A DNA stretch of 63,997 nucleotides, filler included, from Diploschistes diacapsis (Eukaryota): assembly GCA_023645945.1 (NCBI GenBank). It is 4 parts of 4 records of this genome, joined end to end, with 100 filler letters (N's around TTAATTAATTAA, not from the genome) between each part and the next. Parts side by side here need not be neighbours in the genome. Positions count along the whole stretch, not along the records: positions 33,759 to 50,500 come from JALAIB010000487.1; 3 more parts are not named here. One strand, 5' to 3'. The notes under the pieces are model-generated. The model ran no database searches, had not been told where the DNA came from, and saw nothing but the letters and a program-made list of their open reading frames with translations. Shown one piece after another: positions 35,491 to 46,334 of this stretch (position 1 is the first letter of the stretch; the number at the start of each line of letters is the position of its first letter). The position numbers and the translations under genes were made by a program.

Positions 35491-36624
35491 ATGAGCACAC
35501 AGCAAGACAGGAAGCCTCCGGCCCCTAAACCAATTTTTGTCATTTCTGTTGTCAATTACCGCGAAAAGGACGGAGGGGCTCCCACAGCAGCGTTGGGTGT
35601 GCAGACTGACGACGGGAAGGGTTGCGATTACATCAATCCATTATTCAGAGCCACTGTCCGGGATCACAAGCTCTCGCTTGCCAGAGCACAAATCATTCTA
35701 ACTATCAGAGCGCTTGAAGAAGGATATATCGAGTACTGCCTGAGAGAAGACGCCGCGTACGAGCATGGAGCATGCTTAGTACACCCGGTTCCCATTGTCG
35801 TTGGCATCGATTCTCTCCATATCATCAACGACATCTGGCCCAACATTGGCAACTGGTATGAAAGAGACTGGAAGACCTCGAAGAACAGACCAGTTGCCAA
35901 TAGCGATCTATTACGATTCATCGCGGAACTTGACATGGCAATGGCCAAGATGAATATCCTAGCTAGTGTCACGTACGCACCATTTGACAAGTCTATTACA
36001 CACAAGCAACTCGACAGGATGCTTGATGCCCAGAAAGTGCCGACGAACAAGGAGACCTGGATCTTGACCAACCAATGCGGGCAACCGATGTGCAGCAATC
36101 CGCTTCTTTTTCGAGATTTTAGACTCATACACGCCGAGACGGTTGTTAGCGCAGACAAGTATACGACCCTCCATGCAATCGGTGTTGGGACCGCGCTCTT
36201 GAATGTGAAACTCCGGGGTGGAAACACGGCAACTCTGTTTGTACGACATGTTCTCTACGTTCCGCGTATTTGCCTGAACGTCATACCGATGAATTACCGC
36301 CACTTCGTCACCAAGGAAGGAGCTGAGCAGGTGGCAAGGACTGGGACGGCCACGCATCTATCGAACGTCACGCAGCACTTCGACCTCGTGGACAGAAGGC
36401 TAAAAGATGGCCAGGGCAAGGAAATTGGATATACGCAAGTCGATAATGGCATGAGCGTCTTGGTTCAGGATGGCATACCTCTTGAAATACACCCACCTGG
36501 CACGCCAGAAAACTTGAAAGAGTGGTATGATGTGGATGGATGGCTAGTAGGGGGAATCCCAAGGAAAACTGGGAAGTTTGACTACCGGGTAATTGTGGAC
36601 GGCGTGCCAGAAGAGTACCTTTGA
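35491..36624 (+). CDS. Chimeric protein: degenerate RNase H1-like domain fused to a degenerate Ty1/copia protease-like beta-barrel domain
   Basis: 377-aa intronless ORF from ATG 35491. RNase H1-like: ARAQIILTIRALE, VGIDSLHIIN, NWYERDWKTSKNRPVANSDL. Copia protease-like: WILTNQCGQPMCSNPLLF, AIGVGT, HVLYVPRICLNVI. Confidence 0.75.
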   Translation: MSTQQDRKPPAPKPIFVISVVNYREKDGGAPTAALGVQTDDGKGCDYINPLFRATVRDHKLSLARAQIILTIRALEEGYIEYCLREDAAYEHGACLVHPVPIVVGIDSLHIINDIWPNIGNWYERDWKTSKNRPVANSDLLRFIAELDMAMAKMNILASVTYAPFDKSITHKQLDRMLDAQKVPTNKETWILTNQCGQPMCSNPLLFRDFRLIHAETVVSADKYTTLHAIGVGTALLNVKLRGGNTATLFVRHVLYVPRICLNVIPMNYRHFVTKEGAEQVARTGTATHLSNVTQHFDLVDRRLKDGQGKEIGYTQVDNGMSVLVQDGIPLEIHPPGTPENLKEWYDVDGWLVGGIPRKTGKFDYRVIVDGVPEEYL

Positions 36625-37140
36625 TAGAGTAAATAGGGTTCAAAAGCCTGTCGGATATGGACGAGGATATGTTGAGTTCATGATGGACACCCGTCCGAAG
36701 CATTCGGCAACGTACGGTGCGGTGGGAAATTGATGCTTTGATGAAAGATATGAAATGAGATGGATGCAAGGTGTGATTGTTGAGAGAAGACGACGACTAG
36801 TGTTGTTGTATCGTGAGATCACGCATGGAAGCGGGTGATAGAGGGTTGGATCATCTGAAGCAATTGGCAAAGTCTATTGAGTTGACCATAGAGCAATAGT
36901 GGTCTTTCTGCCTTTGCATGCTGACTACAAGGTATTGGGCAATTAAAATGTAGGCTTAGTTGCGCACCAGATAGATAGAGCAAACTTCCGCAAGGAAGGT
37001 GACACTACCGGTAATTCAAATCAACATCATATGCTTGATCAATCGTCAGATAGCTCTTCAGAAAGATTTTTCTTACCATGACGTTCAACCTGTAGCTCCA
37101 GGCTGTAACCAAGACTGAAGGAGACACCTTCCTGTAGGCC

Positions 37141-38515
37141 ATGCCGTCGCGTCAATTCAAACACAGATCACGATCCATTCAGCGTACTCTACTGGCTCGC
37201 TGGCGAGCATTGCTCACACTATGTCTCATCCTCGCCCTTGAATCTCTATACCACGTTCGCAGCCTTCTCACCGAGTCGCCAGCGCAGCCCGTCGACGCGC
37301 CCTTCCACACAACATGCCAGGAGCCCGACGTCGACGCGGCCCGAGCCAACGCTACAATCGTCATGCTCGCGCGCAACGGCGACCTAGACGGCGCCGTGAC
37401 CGCCGTGCGATCCCTCGAGAAGCAATTCAACCGCTTGTACCACTACCCGATCACGTTCCTAAACGACGCGCCCTGGTCCCAAACCTTCATCGACGCCCTA
37501 ACGGCCGCATCCAGCGGCGCCGCCACATTCTCCACCATCGACGCACGCGCGTGGGGGTTCCCAGCCTGGATAGACCGGGCCAAGGCCGGGCGGGAAATGC
37601 AGGCGCAGAAGGCCGCGGGCCTGATGTACGCGGACAAGGCCAGCTACCACCACATGTGCCGCTTCAACTCGGGCTTCTTCTACGACCACCCGGCGCTGCG
37701 GGGCTACAGGTGGTACTGGCGCGTCGAGCCGGACGTGCGGTACACGTGCGCCATCACCTACGATCCCTTCGTGGAGATGGAGCGCCGCGGCAAGCGGTAC
37801 GGCTACGCCATCGCGCTCTGGGAGGAGGGCCGCACGGCACCCAGCTTGTACCGCAAGGTTGCGGATTGGAAGGCGGAGCGCCGGATCGCGACGACCTCGC
37901 TGTGGGCTGCGCTGGTGGATCCGTCCACGGCGCCCTGGCCGCTGCGGAAGATGCTGAGTTTCTCGCGGAACAGAGATGCGGAGGGGGACTTGTGGAACAT
38001 GTGCCATTTTTGGAGCAATTTCGAGATTGCCGACATGGAGTTCTTCAGGAGTAAGGAATACAGGGAGTTCTTTGATTTCTTGGATGCCGATGGGGGGTTC
38101 TACTATGAGCGGGTGCGTAAAACCTTGCTTCGCTACTTCTCCTTTTATCCTTCTTTCGTCCTGCGCGTCCCGCTCTGTCACTTCGCTTTTGCACTGCCCA
38201 ATCTTGCTACGGGCAAACCATGTATTAACGAGCATACAGTGGGGCGACGCGCCTGTTCACTCCCTGGCAGCAGCGTTGTTCTTGTCACCAGCGGAAATCC
38301 ATCACTTCTCTGACTTCGGCTATGCCCATCCGCCTTTCCAGTACTGTCCCCTGCTCGAGAAGGCGACCGGCAACTTCCCTCAGTTGAAGGACATGACGGC
38401 GGCGGGCTGGAAGGAGCGATTCAAACAGATAGGATGTCGATGTGACTACGATCCGGCTCTTGCAAAAGTCATTGATCCGACCTGTATGAACACAATTGCT
38501 CGCATTTTGCATTGA
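37141..38515 (+). CDS. GT15 alpha-1,2-mannosyltransferase (KRE2/KTR family)
   Basis: N-terminal TM segment; ANATIVMLARN, SYHHMCRFNSGFFY, WYWRVEP, CHFWSNFEI, GGFYYER-WGDAPVHS across an intron ~38113-38239. Confidence 0.95.
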
Positions 38516-39329
38516 AAGAAAGTCGGCCCTTGCGAACTTGATGACCCGTGGTAATCATCCTCTTGCAATGGGGTACTGAATCAAATTGATGGCACCCTTG
38601 TTTTTACAAAGTCAAAAATTCTACCTGCCAAAAACCTTGTACCAGTATGAGTTGTACGGCGAAGGATGAATGCTAATTCCTCAAGGTCCTAAGATGATCG
38701 CAAAGCACAAACTGGGTGCAAACAATGCTACAAGGACACTTCTAGAAGGAATAGGCGCCCGTGAGTTCACCAGATGGTAAATATATTGGAGAGCTCCCCC
38801 TGGCCACGAGAGGAAGAGGGGGGGGGGGGACGAATAGGATGATAGGCATCTCCCAGGTGCCGTGGCCATATATCTACAGTAGCGCGGTAGTATGGTCACA
38901 TCTTTCTGTTTACAAAGCATATGGGGGGGATATGGCTTGTGGCTCATGGCGGGAGCTTGTCTGGTTTCATTTCCAGAATTAGGCAAAGCAATGCGATTTG
39001 CGCCTATAAAATTTTAGATCACAGTCTTGTTACCAAGCTTTTTCCTTATCCAGAAGACGCTGTGATGAGATTCATGCTGGCCTTGTTTTCCTTCGTCTCG
39101 GGCCCCTTTACGAATTCCGAACTCCGCGGTTCATGGTGGACGGCTAACGAGGGAAGGCTGATGGTCTCGCCAGCCAAATTCCGACCGTTCCTGTTACTAC
39201 CGAAGAGATGTTAGTTCGATATGGTCTTGTACTTTCCATCACCTGGTTTCAGTGAAGCGGTGTAGGCTCTTTCTCTTCAGAAAGACAACTGCTGCGGCAA
39301 TATCTCGAGTTACGACGGAGTCGGGAAAT

Positions 39330-40609
39330 GACCGCTAGAGCCAAAAGCATCGGGAAGAGAAAGGGATCCTGGTCATGCGACCCGGGATGGATGTAGTGAG
39401 GATAACAACCTCAAGAACTGGAGTTATAAAAAAGCGTTGGACGATCATCCTTTTGATGTCAAGTTCTGCATTTCTTCCTTCCCCATCCTCTTCGATTATT
39501 GCCACCTCATTGACGCAAACTACCCTGTGCTTTGGAGTGCAGAGTAACGTGGAAAGGCAGATGATGCTCTCAGTGTTCATTGTGGCCTACGTTATTGTTC
39601 TACTTTTCCTTGGCCCTATATTCGATGGGTCTACGATCTTGCCTAGAATGCTGGCAACTGATCGCTTTTCGTTTCTTGGCAGGCATTAGCGGAAGCGCAC
39701 CTTTCTCGCTTGTTGGAGGGATCCTTACTGGTTTGTGAATACCAGAAGAGCGTGGTTATACCGTCTCAATATATTCTTTGATGCCATTGTTTACACCAGC
39801 GACCGGACCCATAGTTGGTAGCTTCGTTGCCGTGTATGTAGGTTAGCGATGGTCCTTCTACGCAACACTCTTTGCGAGTGTTGTAATCCAAGCGTTGGGT
39901 TTTTCCTTCTTCAAGAAACCAACGAACCGAGGATACTGCACCTCAAGGCTAAGAAGATGAAAAAGACGACAACGGGCGATGGAGCCTTGCACACAGACTT
40001 CGAGCACCTGGACCAGCCTTGAATGAAGGTCTTGAAAGAAAGAAAGTCTTAGTTGGCTGCTCGTAATACTGGGAATACAAATCATCGTACAGGTTGCTTT
40101 GACAATAAGGTGAGAAGTATACGACTCGAGGAAGAAGTTGTAATGAATCGTCTAGATATATAAGCGACTTAAGGATCAGTCGCCGGACAAGAAGGATGGC
40201 CAGAACTTCGGTTGCCGTTTCTGTTTCTTGGGGCCGTCCTGTTACCTACAGGTATGTTGTTTCAGTGCATCCAAGGTCATCTCATCGATACGTTTCTGCA
40301 GTTCGCCGTATCCGCCATAGCGGCAGTGTTGGTCGCGAGGAGCTTTGGTGGGATTTGCAAGTGACCATGTTTTCCTTGGATCTTCGTCCCATATTCTAAG
40401 TATAGGACATCATGGCTGATTCTACAGTACTTTTTTTAGAATTTCCTTTTGTCGCACCTTATGTGTACTCGGCGTTGGGATATGGATGGGAAGGCAACCC
40501 TTTTGCTTTCATAGCAACAGTGCTGTGACTGTCAGGGCCTATTCTGGTGTGGGAATTCGGGCCTGGACTGAGAGCGCACGGCTTGATGGGGAAGAAGATA
40601 GAAACATGA
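39330..40609 (+). pseudogene. Pseudogene of a DHA1 MFS multidrug transporter
   Basis: Collinear fragments in shifting frames: KKRWTIILLMSS, SVFIVAYVIVLLFLGP, RFLAGISGSAPFSLVGG, TGPIVGSFVAVYVG*RWSFY (stop 39844), APYVYSALGYGW...IATVL*LSGP (stop 40526). Boundaries approximate. Confidence 0.85.
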
Positions 40610-40853
40610 AAGACAAGAAGTTATACAATTTAAACTAGATGAACGTAGTCTTCCGCTACGTGCATGTTGCTATTGAGGTTGGTTGCCGCAAATGACGTAA
40701 ACGTCAACACCCGCCGAACGCTACAAACCTTCAGTAGAATACTTAGTTGCAACTTTCCTCTTCATGCTACTGAGAAGTATGGGATATGTACACAAAATGG
40801 CAGGTTATGCCAAATCGGCGTTCATGATTACTAGTGACGGACTGTGAACGCAG

Positions 40854-41849
40854 ATGAACCTATTACATCTGCAGCATGCTCTCCGCGCCCCCTCTCGCTA
40901 TGCGCCCTGTCGCGTGTGTGCGCCAAGTCGACCTCAACTGGCTATCCCAAGCACTCGACAATGCAGAACATTAAGAATAAGGTCTCACAACCCATTTACC
41001 CAGTACGCAAGCCAAGAGCCGCAGTTAGGAACCGATGAAGAGAAGGAGTCGCCCCGTATATCGTGGCAGCAAGAGGAGGAACTGCACCATCAGACTCGTC
41101 CAAGAGCTATACCTTCCGCGGCGCTGCCTAGCCCTACATCCTTACACCCTTTCACGCTGCCTTTGCTGCTGCCCCATATATCACCCTCCCATTTTCACAC
41201 CTCCCTGTCCTCCTTCCTTGCCTACGCCTCCCGCACCGGCCTCTCCCCGACTACCACCGTCTTTAAAGGGACGAAATACGAGTACATCTGCCTTTCATCT
41301 CTCCAGCGATTTGGCTTTTCGCTTCTGCGCACTGGCGGCGCTAATGATGTCGGCATTGACCTCATGGGAACATGGACACTCCCTACCTCCGCACATCCTC
41401 TAAGGGTGTTAGTGCAGTGCAAATTCCGCCGCGCTAAACCTAGTCCCGTGTTGGTGAGAGAGCTGGAGGGGAGCTTTATTGGAGGGCCGCAGGGTTGGAG
41501 GGATGAGGATTACGATAGCGTCGAAAGCGGAGGGGCTGACGCAGGGTTGGTGGGTGTGCTCTGTGTGCCGGGAGAGCCGACAACGAGTGTGCGGCAAGCG
41601 GTGAGGAGGAGTTTGAGAGGGATTGTTGTGGCCGTTATCAGTGAAGAAGGACAGGTCAAGCAGTTTTTCTGGAACAAGAGGGTTGAGGAGCTAGCGCTTG
41701 AAGAGTGGGAGGTTGGTGGGAGGTATCTTGGAGGGCTGAAGGATAGGGAGGCGGTGCTGCTTTGGAGGGGAAGGATTTGGGAGCCCGAGGAAGAAGGTCA
41801 AGAGCAGAAGGAAGCAGGTACGGAATATGCTAAGGCGAGCGAAGCATGA
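40854..41849 (+). CDS. RRG7: Required for respiratory growth protein 7 (DUF2034, restriction-endonuclease-like fold)
   Basis: VFKGTKYEY, RTGGANDVGIDLMGTW, VLVQCK, PVLVRELEG, QFFWN; presequence-like N-terminus. Confidence 0.88.
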   Translation: MNLLHLQHALRAPSRYAPCRVCAPSRPQLAIPSTRQCRTLRIRSHNPFTQYASQEPQLGTDEEKESPRISWQQEEELHHQTRPRAIPSAALPSPTSLHPFTLPLLLPHISPSHFHTSLSSFLAYASRTGLSPTTTVFKGTKYEYICLSSLQRFGFSLLRTGGANDVGIDLMGTWTLPTSAHPLRVLVQCKFRRAKPSPVLVRELEGSFIGGPQGWRDEDYDSVESGGADAGLVGVLCVPGEPTTSVRQAVRRSLRGIVVAVISEEGQVKQFFWNKRVEELALEEWEVGGRYLGGLKDREAVLLWRGRIWEPEEEGQEQKEAGTEYAKASEA

Positions 41850-42225
41850 AGCTCTAAGCTTCGTTTGGATACTTCTCTCTTCTCTTTGCAGTGCATTCAG
41901 TCGGCTGCTGCTCACTTTCACCATAACTAGCCTGTCCTGCCTTTGCTTCCGAAACACCACCCAAAGGACTATTGCTTGCTTGCGTTCTTCAATCTTCGTT
42001 CTCGAACTAATCTCCACTTAATCATCGGTCGGATACTTCCACGCTAGTTCTTGATTGGGAGCAAAAGCCCTAAGCATCAGGCACGGCCTGCTGAGACAGC
42101 CGCGACCTGGGACTGTTGTCTTTAACATTATGTTGGATAATTGTATTCTCCTCTTCAAGCTACCCTCGAGTAACTGGCGCTGAAAGGTAACGACTTTCTT
42201 TCACGAACCTGTATGCAGTTTGGCT

Positions 42226-43222
42226 TCATTTGTCAAGGTTCCTCGCCTTTACAAAGCGTGCAATCTGCTCCTTACATGTCTTATCATTATACTGTTCCCA
42301 CACCTCATAGAGGGAGATAATCTCCTGTGTACTATCAATCATGGCTGCAATATCGATTTCGGACTTTGCGAGCCATTCAAGCAGATGTTTAACTTTTTTC
42401 TTTTGCAGGTTGTTATCGCTATTCTCCGTCGAAGGCGACTCTTTCTCCTTGGCGGAGAGGATAGCAGTCGCTAGAGCAGTCTGGAGGCCGCCTTGCGATG
42501 GTTTCAATGTCATGGCGAAAAATATCGCCATCGCTGCAATGATGTGAAGTGGATATAGCAATGGCAGATCTGTCAGATAGTGGTCGTTGATGATGTTCCA
42601 GGCTAACGTTACGTCTTCCTGGCCCATGTTAAGTGTGTTCTGAAGCTGGCCCAAAGTACGATAAGGGTGGTGGACAATAAGCTGGCAGTCCATCTCCGAG
42701 ATAAGGAAGAACTCGCACTCTCCTAGCTTTGATACATCGGTAACAATGAACTCTGCAGCAAGGTTTGCTTAGCCTACATCGCCTTTAAGAGGCTTGACGT
42801 GCATACCAGGCCATATATTACGGGCTTCGCTCACAATAACTCTGATATACTGCGGACACTCTTCCATTTTACAGGCAAGGTAAAGGGCAGTCGATATGAC
42901 CAAGTATGGATTCGTCTTCCTAATTTCCACTCTTAGGTAGAACCTACGAATGTATATCTGGGCGGTGGCTATTGCCTGCTGTCTGGTTTGCAAACGCCTT
43001 CCCAGCTTGATTAACTCTGGATGCGTTAGTCTCCTCCCCATCACAGGCTTTGGCTTTATTACGTTGATTGAAAAAGATACTGAGGTGGCGTCTATCTGGC
43101 AACGGATACTGTTGGACAAGCGCAGACTCTTCCTTTTCAAGGGCTTGTCGCGTGTTCATCAAAGCCTTTCTGTCGAACTGCCAGTACTTGTGTTGCGTGG
43201 AGTCCCAGTAATTGGCTGCCAT
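42226..43222 (-). CDS. SSN8: Mediator cyclin C (Ssn8/Srb11), 3 exons
   Basis: [55 protein letters not shown]. Confidence 0.96.
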
Positions 43223-43761
43223 ATTGTACAATGGCTCAAGCTCTCATTGCCGATTGAGGAGGCTGATAACCTTGTTGGCATCGTAGTCTTATTTGGATCC
43301 GCTTTGATTAATCCAATCGTTGAGGTATAGGGACAGGCAACCCCGGGATCTGGTTCAACGTCTGGGTATCCATAGAGGAGTTATCCTAGCATGAGTTTCA
43401 GTTTTTGACGTAGTCTCCGAACGTATAGAGTATAATCTGCACAAAGCATCAGATGATGGAATCGTATAGGTAGTCTCTGCTGTTGAGGCTCTTCTGATAG
43501 TATAAAAGCTGGCTAGTAAACTGCAACGTCATAGGGCTGCCATGAATCCTGCGGGAACGTGGAATAACTTCACGCGCTGTTCTTCCATTCCTAGCCTCCA
43601 GATGAGATGCTAGCATTGCTCAGACTGCGAATCCTATGTTATAGTGCGAACATAGCTCTCGGCTCTCGTGCTTGACTGAAAGCTGTATGAGAACAAAAGG
43701 GCGCAGCTCGCAAGCTTACAATAATGAGCAAGCGGAGTTAGCCCCTCAAGGCTGACCGACT

Positions 43762-45887
43762 ATGGAGCATGAATCGCAGAACGCGCAGGACGCTCGGGTT
43801 GAGAGACTGTGGGAATCGCTGCATACAGGACCTATCAAGCCTCTTGACCTAGAGGGTCTAAGGCTAGGATTGAGAAAAATAGACCATCGTAAGGATTTAG
43901 GTTCCTACCCTTGGTATAGAGTTTCCACTAACCCAAGGCCCAGCTCTGGCACACGCAGAGAACTTACTCCGTGAGATCTTCAACGCTGTTGACACTAGCG
44001 GCGACGGACGAATAGAATACTATGGTATCTAGAAACTTCAAATGGGAATGTTTCCCGTCCTGACCCAATCTTCTAGAATTCCGGGAATTTGTTGAGCAGA
44101 CGGAGTTAGAATTACGGCGGCTTTTCAAGAGTATTGATACCAATCATAATGGCTGGCTAGATAGGGATGAACTGCGACGCGCTTTTGAAAAAGCAGATAT
44201 TGCGATTGATAGCGGGAGGTTGGATAGTTTCTTCGACAAGATTGATACCAACCACGACGGAGAAATATCCTTTGACGAATGGAGGTCAGTTTATACCAAT
44301 TACTAGCAGACAACACCGACTAATTGAACATAGGGACTTCCTTATGTTTCTGCCCTCGAACTCGACCGACCTCAAAGCCGTCCTTTCATATTACTCTTCC
44401 TATGTCGTGGTGAATCCGGAAGGGGATGTTCATGTGTCAGATGAGGCAAACCAGGGGATAGGTACAAACGCCTTTTTGCAGACTCTTTTCGGTGTTTTGT
44501 TTTTGATTGCGAACCAAAACTCTAAACACATTCGAACACCCACACTTGAGCCACTCAACAATGTTCGCGCTTCGACAATACAACATCGTCAGACTTCTCC
44601 GTCAGCCATAGACCGTAGCGATATTCCATGGGATCCAGGCGAAAAAGAAAGTTCTTCAGAAATGGCGCAAGTCACTGCTACCATTCAAATTGATTCCCTG
44701 GAGGGATCATTCCTTCACATGCTGACGAATCTGCTCCCTGATCCAGGTTACTTTCTCGCGGGTGGTATTGCCGGCGCCGTCTCTCGCACCGCGACAGCTC
44801 CACTCGACAGGCTCAAAGTGTATTTGATTGCCCAAACAAATGTCAGCAAACCCGCGATTGATGCTGCTAAATCCGGTGCTCCTCTACAAGCTGCAAAAAC
44901 TGCGACACGCCCTTTGATTAGCGCGACTATTGAACTATGGCGGATGGGAGGGATTCGTAGTCTCTTCGCCGGTGAGGAGCATTGTCCCAATGTCCATAAA
45001 GCAGCCCTGATAGCTATAGGAAATGGACTGAACGTCTTGAAAGTGATGCCAGAATCTGCGATAAAGTTTGGCTCTTACGAAGTATGTGTTTATTAGGAAG
45101 GGACTGAACAGGCATACTAATTGCATATTAGGGCTCAAAACGTATTGCGGCAAGGCTAGAAGGCCATGACAACCCACGAGCTTTGAGTGGGTTGTCACAA
45201 TTTCTTGCTGCTGGGATGGGAGGTGTCATTTCACAGTAGGCTTATTGCAAATCTCTACATTTTAGCGACTTACAGACCCGGTAGATTCGCCATCTATCCC
45301 CTCGACACCTTGAAGTTGTTAGTGATACTATATTGCAAGTCAACTTGCCTCGCTAACCCGCCACTAGTCGAATGCAAAACGAGACCGTGAAAGGCGGACT
45401 TCGAGGGAACAAGCTCATCGCTGCAACGGCTAAGAAGATGATGTTAGAAAGTGGTCCGCGGGCATACTATCGAGGACTTGGCATGGGTCTGATAGGAATG
45501 TTCCCATACAGCGCGATCGATCTCACAACATACGAATTTCTGAAACGACTCATCACCAATCGCAATGCAGCTAAAATCAAGTGCTCACAACGCGATGCGG
45601 AGCCAGGAAGAATGACGACGGGCCTAATCGGAGCGGTGAGTAGCTCGTTTGGCGCCAGCACAGTTTACCCGATCAACCTGGTACGGACACGTATGCAGAG
45701 TCAAGGCACTGCAATACACCCTCCCACCTACGATGGATGGAGGGATTGCTTTGCCAGGACCATAAAAGGTGAGGGGCTCCGTGGGTTGTATAGGGGGCTC
45801 ACACCCAACCTCATGAAAGTTGTCCCGTCGATGAGCATTTCCTACATGGTTTACGAGACAAGCAAAAAGGTTTTGGGCCTACGGTAG
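43762..45887 (+). CDS. SAL1: Ca2+-binding mitochondrial ATP-Mg/Pi carrier (EF-hands plus carrier repeats), multi-exon
   Basis: EF-hand loops [89 protein letters not shown]. Confidence 0.94.
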
Positions 45888-46334
45888 TAGAGGTGGCAGC
45901 ACAAGTGCGGCGTGGAGCACTTGGAGCAGCGGGTGACAGTTTTCTGTTCCTTATACGGGAGGAGGCAGCGCATGCATAGCGTATTACACTTGCTTGAGCG
46001 CATTTGATACCCCAGCAAGTGAGTAGGAGAATCCATACTTTTCACAAGACTCGGAGGCCTTTGCTCTTTGTTATCGACCGCTCATTTTCTGCACAGCCTT
46101 GCATATGGCCCTTTACACCATAGTTCTCATCGATAATCTGTTATTTGTGCTGGAGACTTGACCCTCACATGCCTCGATTCGACCGCAGTGACTCAATGTT
46201 GGCTAAGCGTTACAAAGGTGCAGTATAAGTAGCTATATTTCAGAGTAACCATTGGACTCTGGCTCACAGAAAAGGTAGGCGCTAACCTGTCGCTGGCCGT
46301 CCGCAGCTTGGGAGGCAACAGGCCTGAGATGGGA

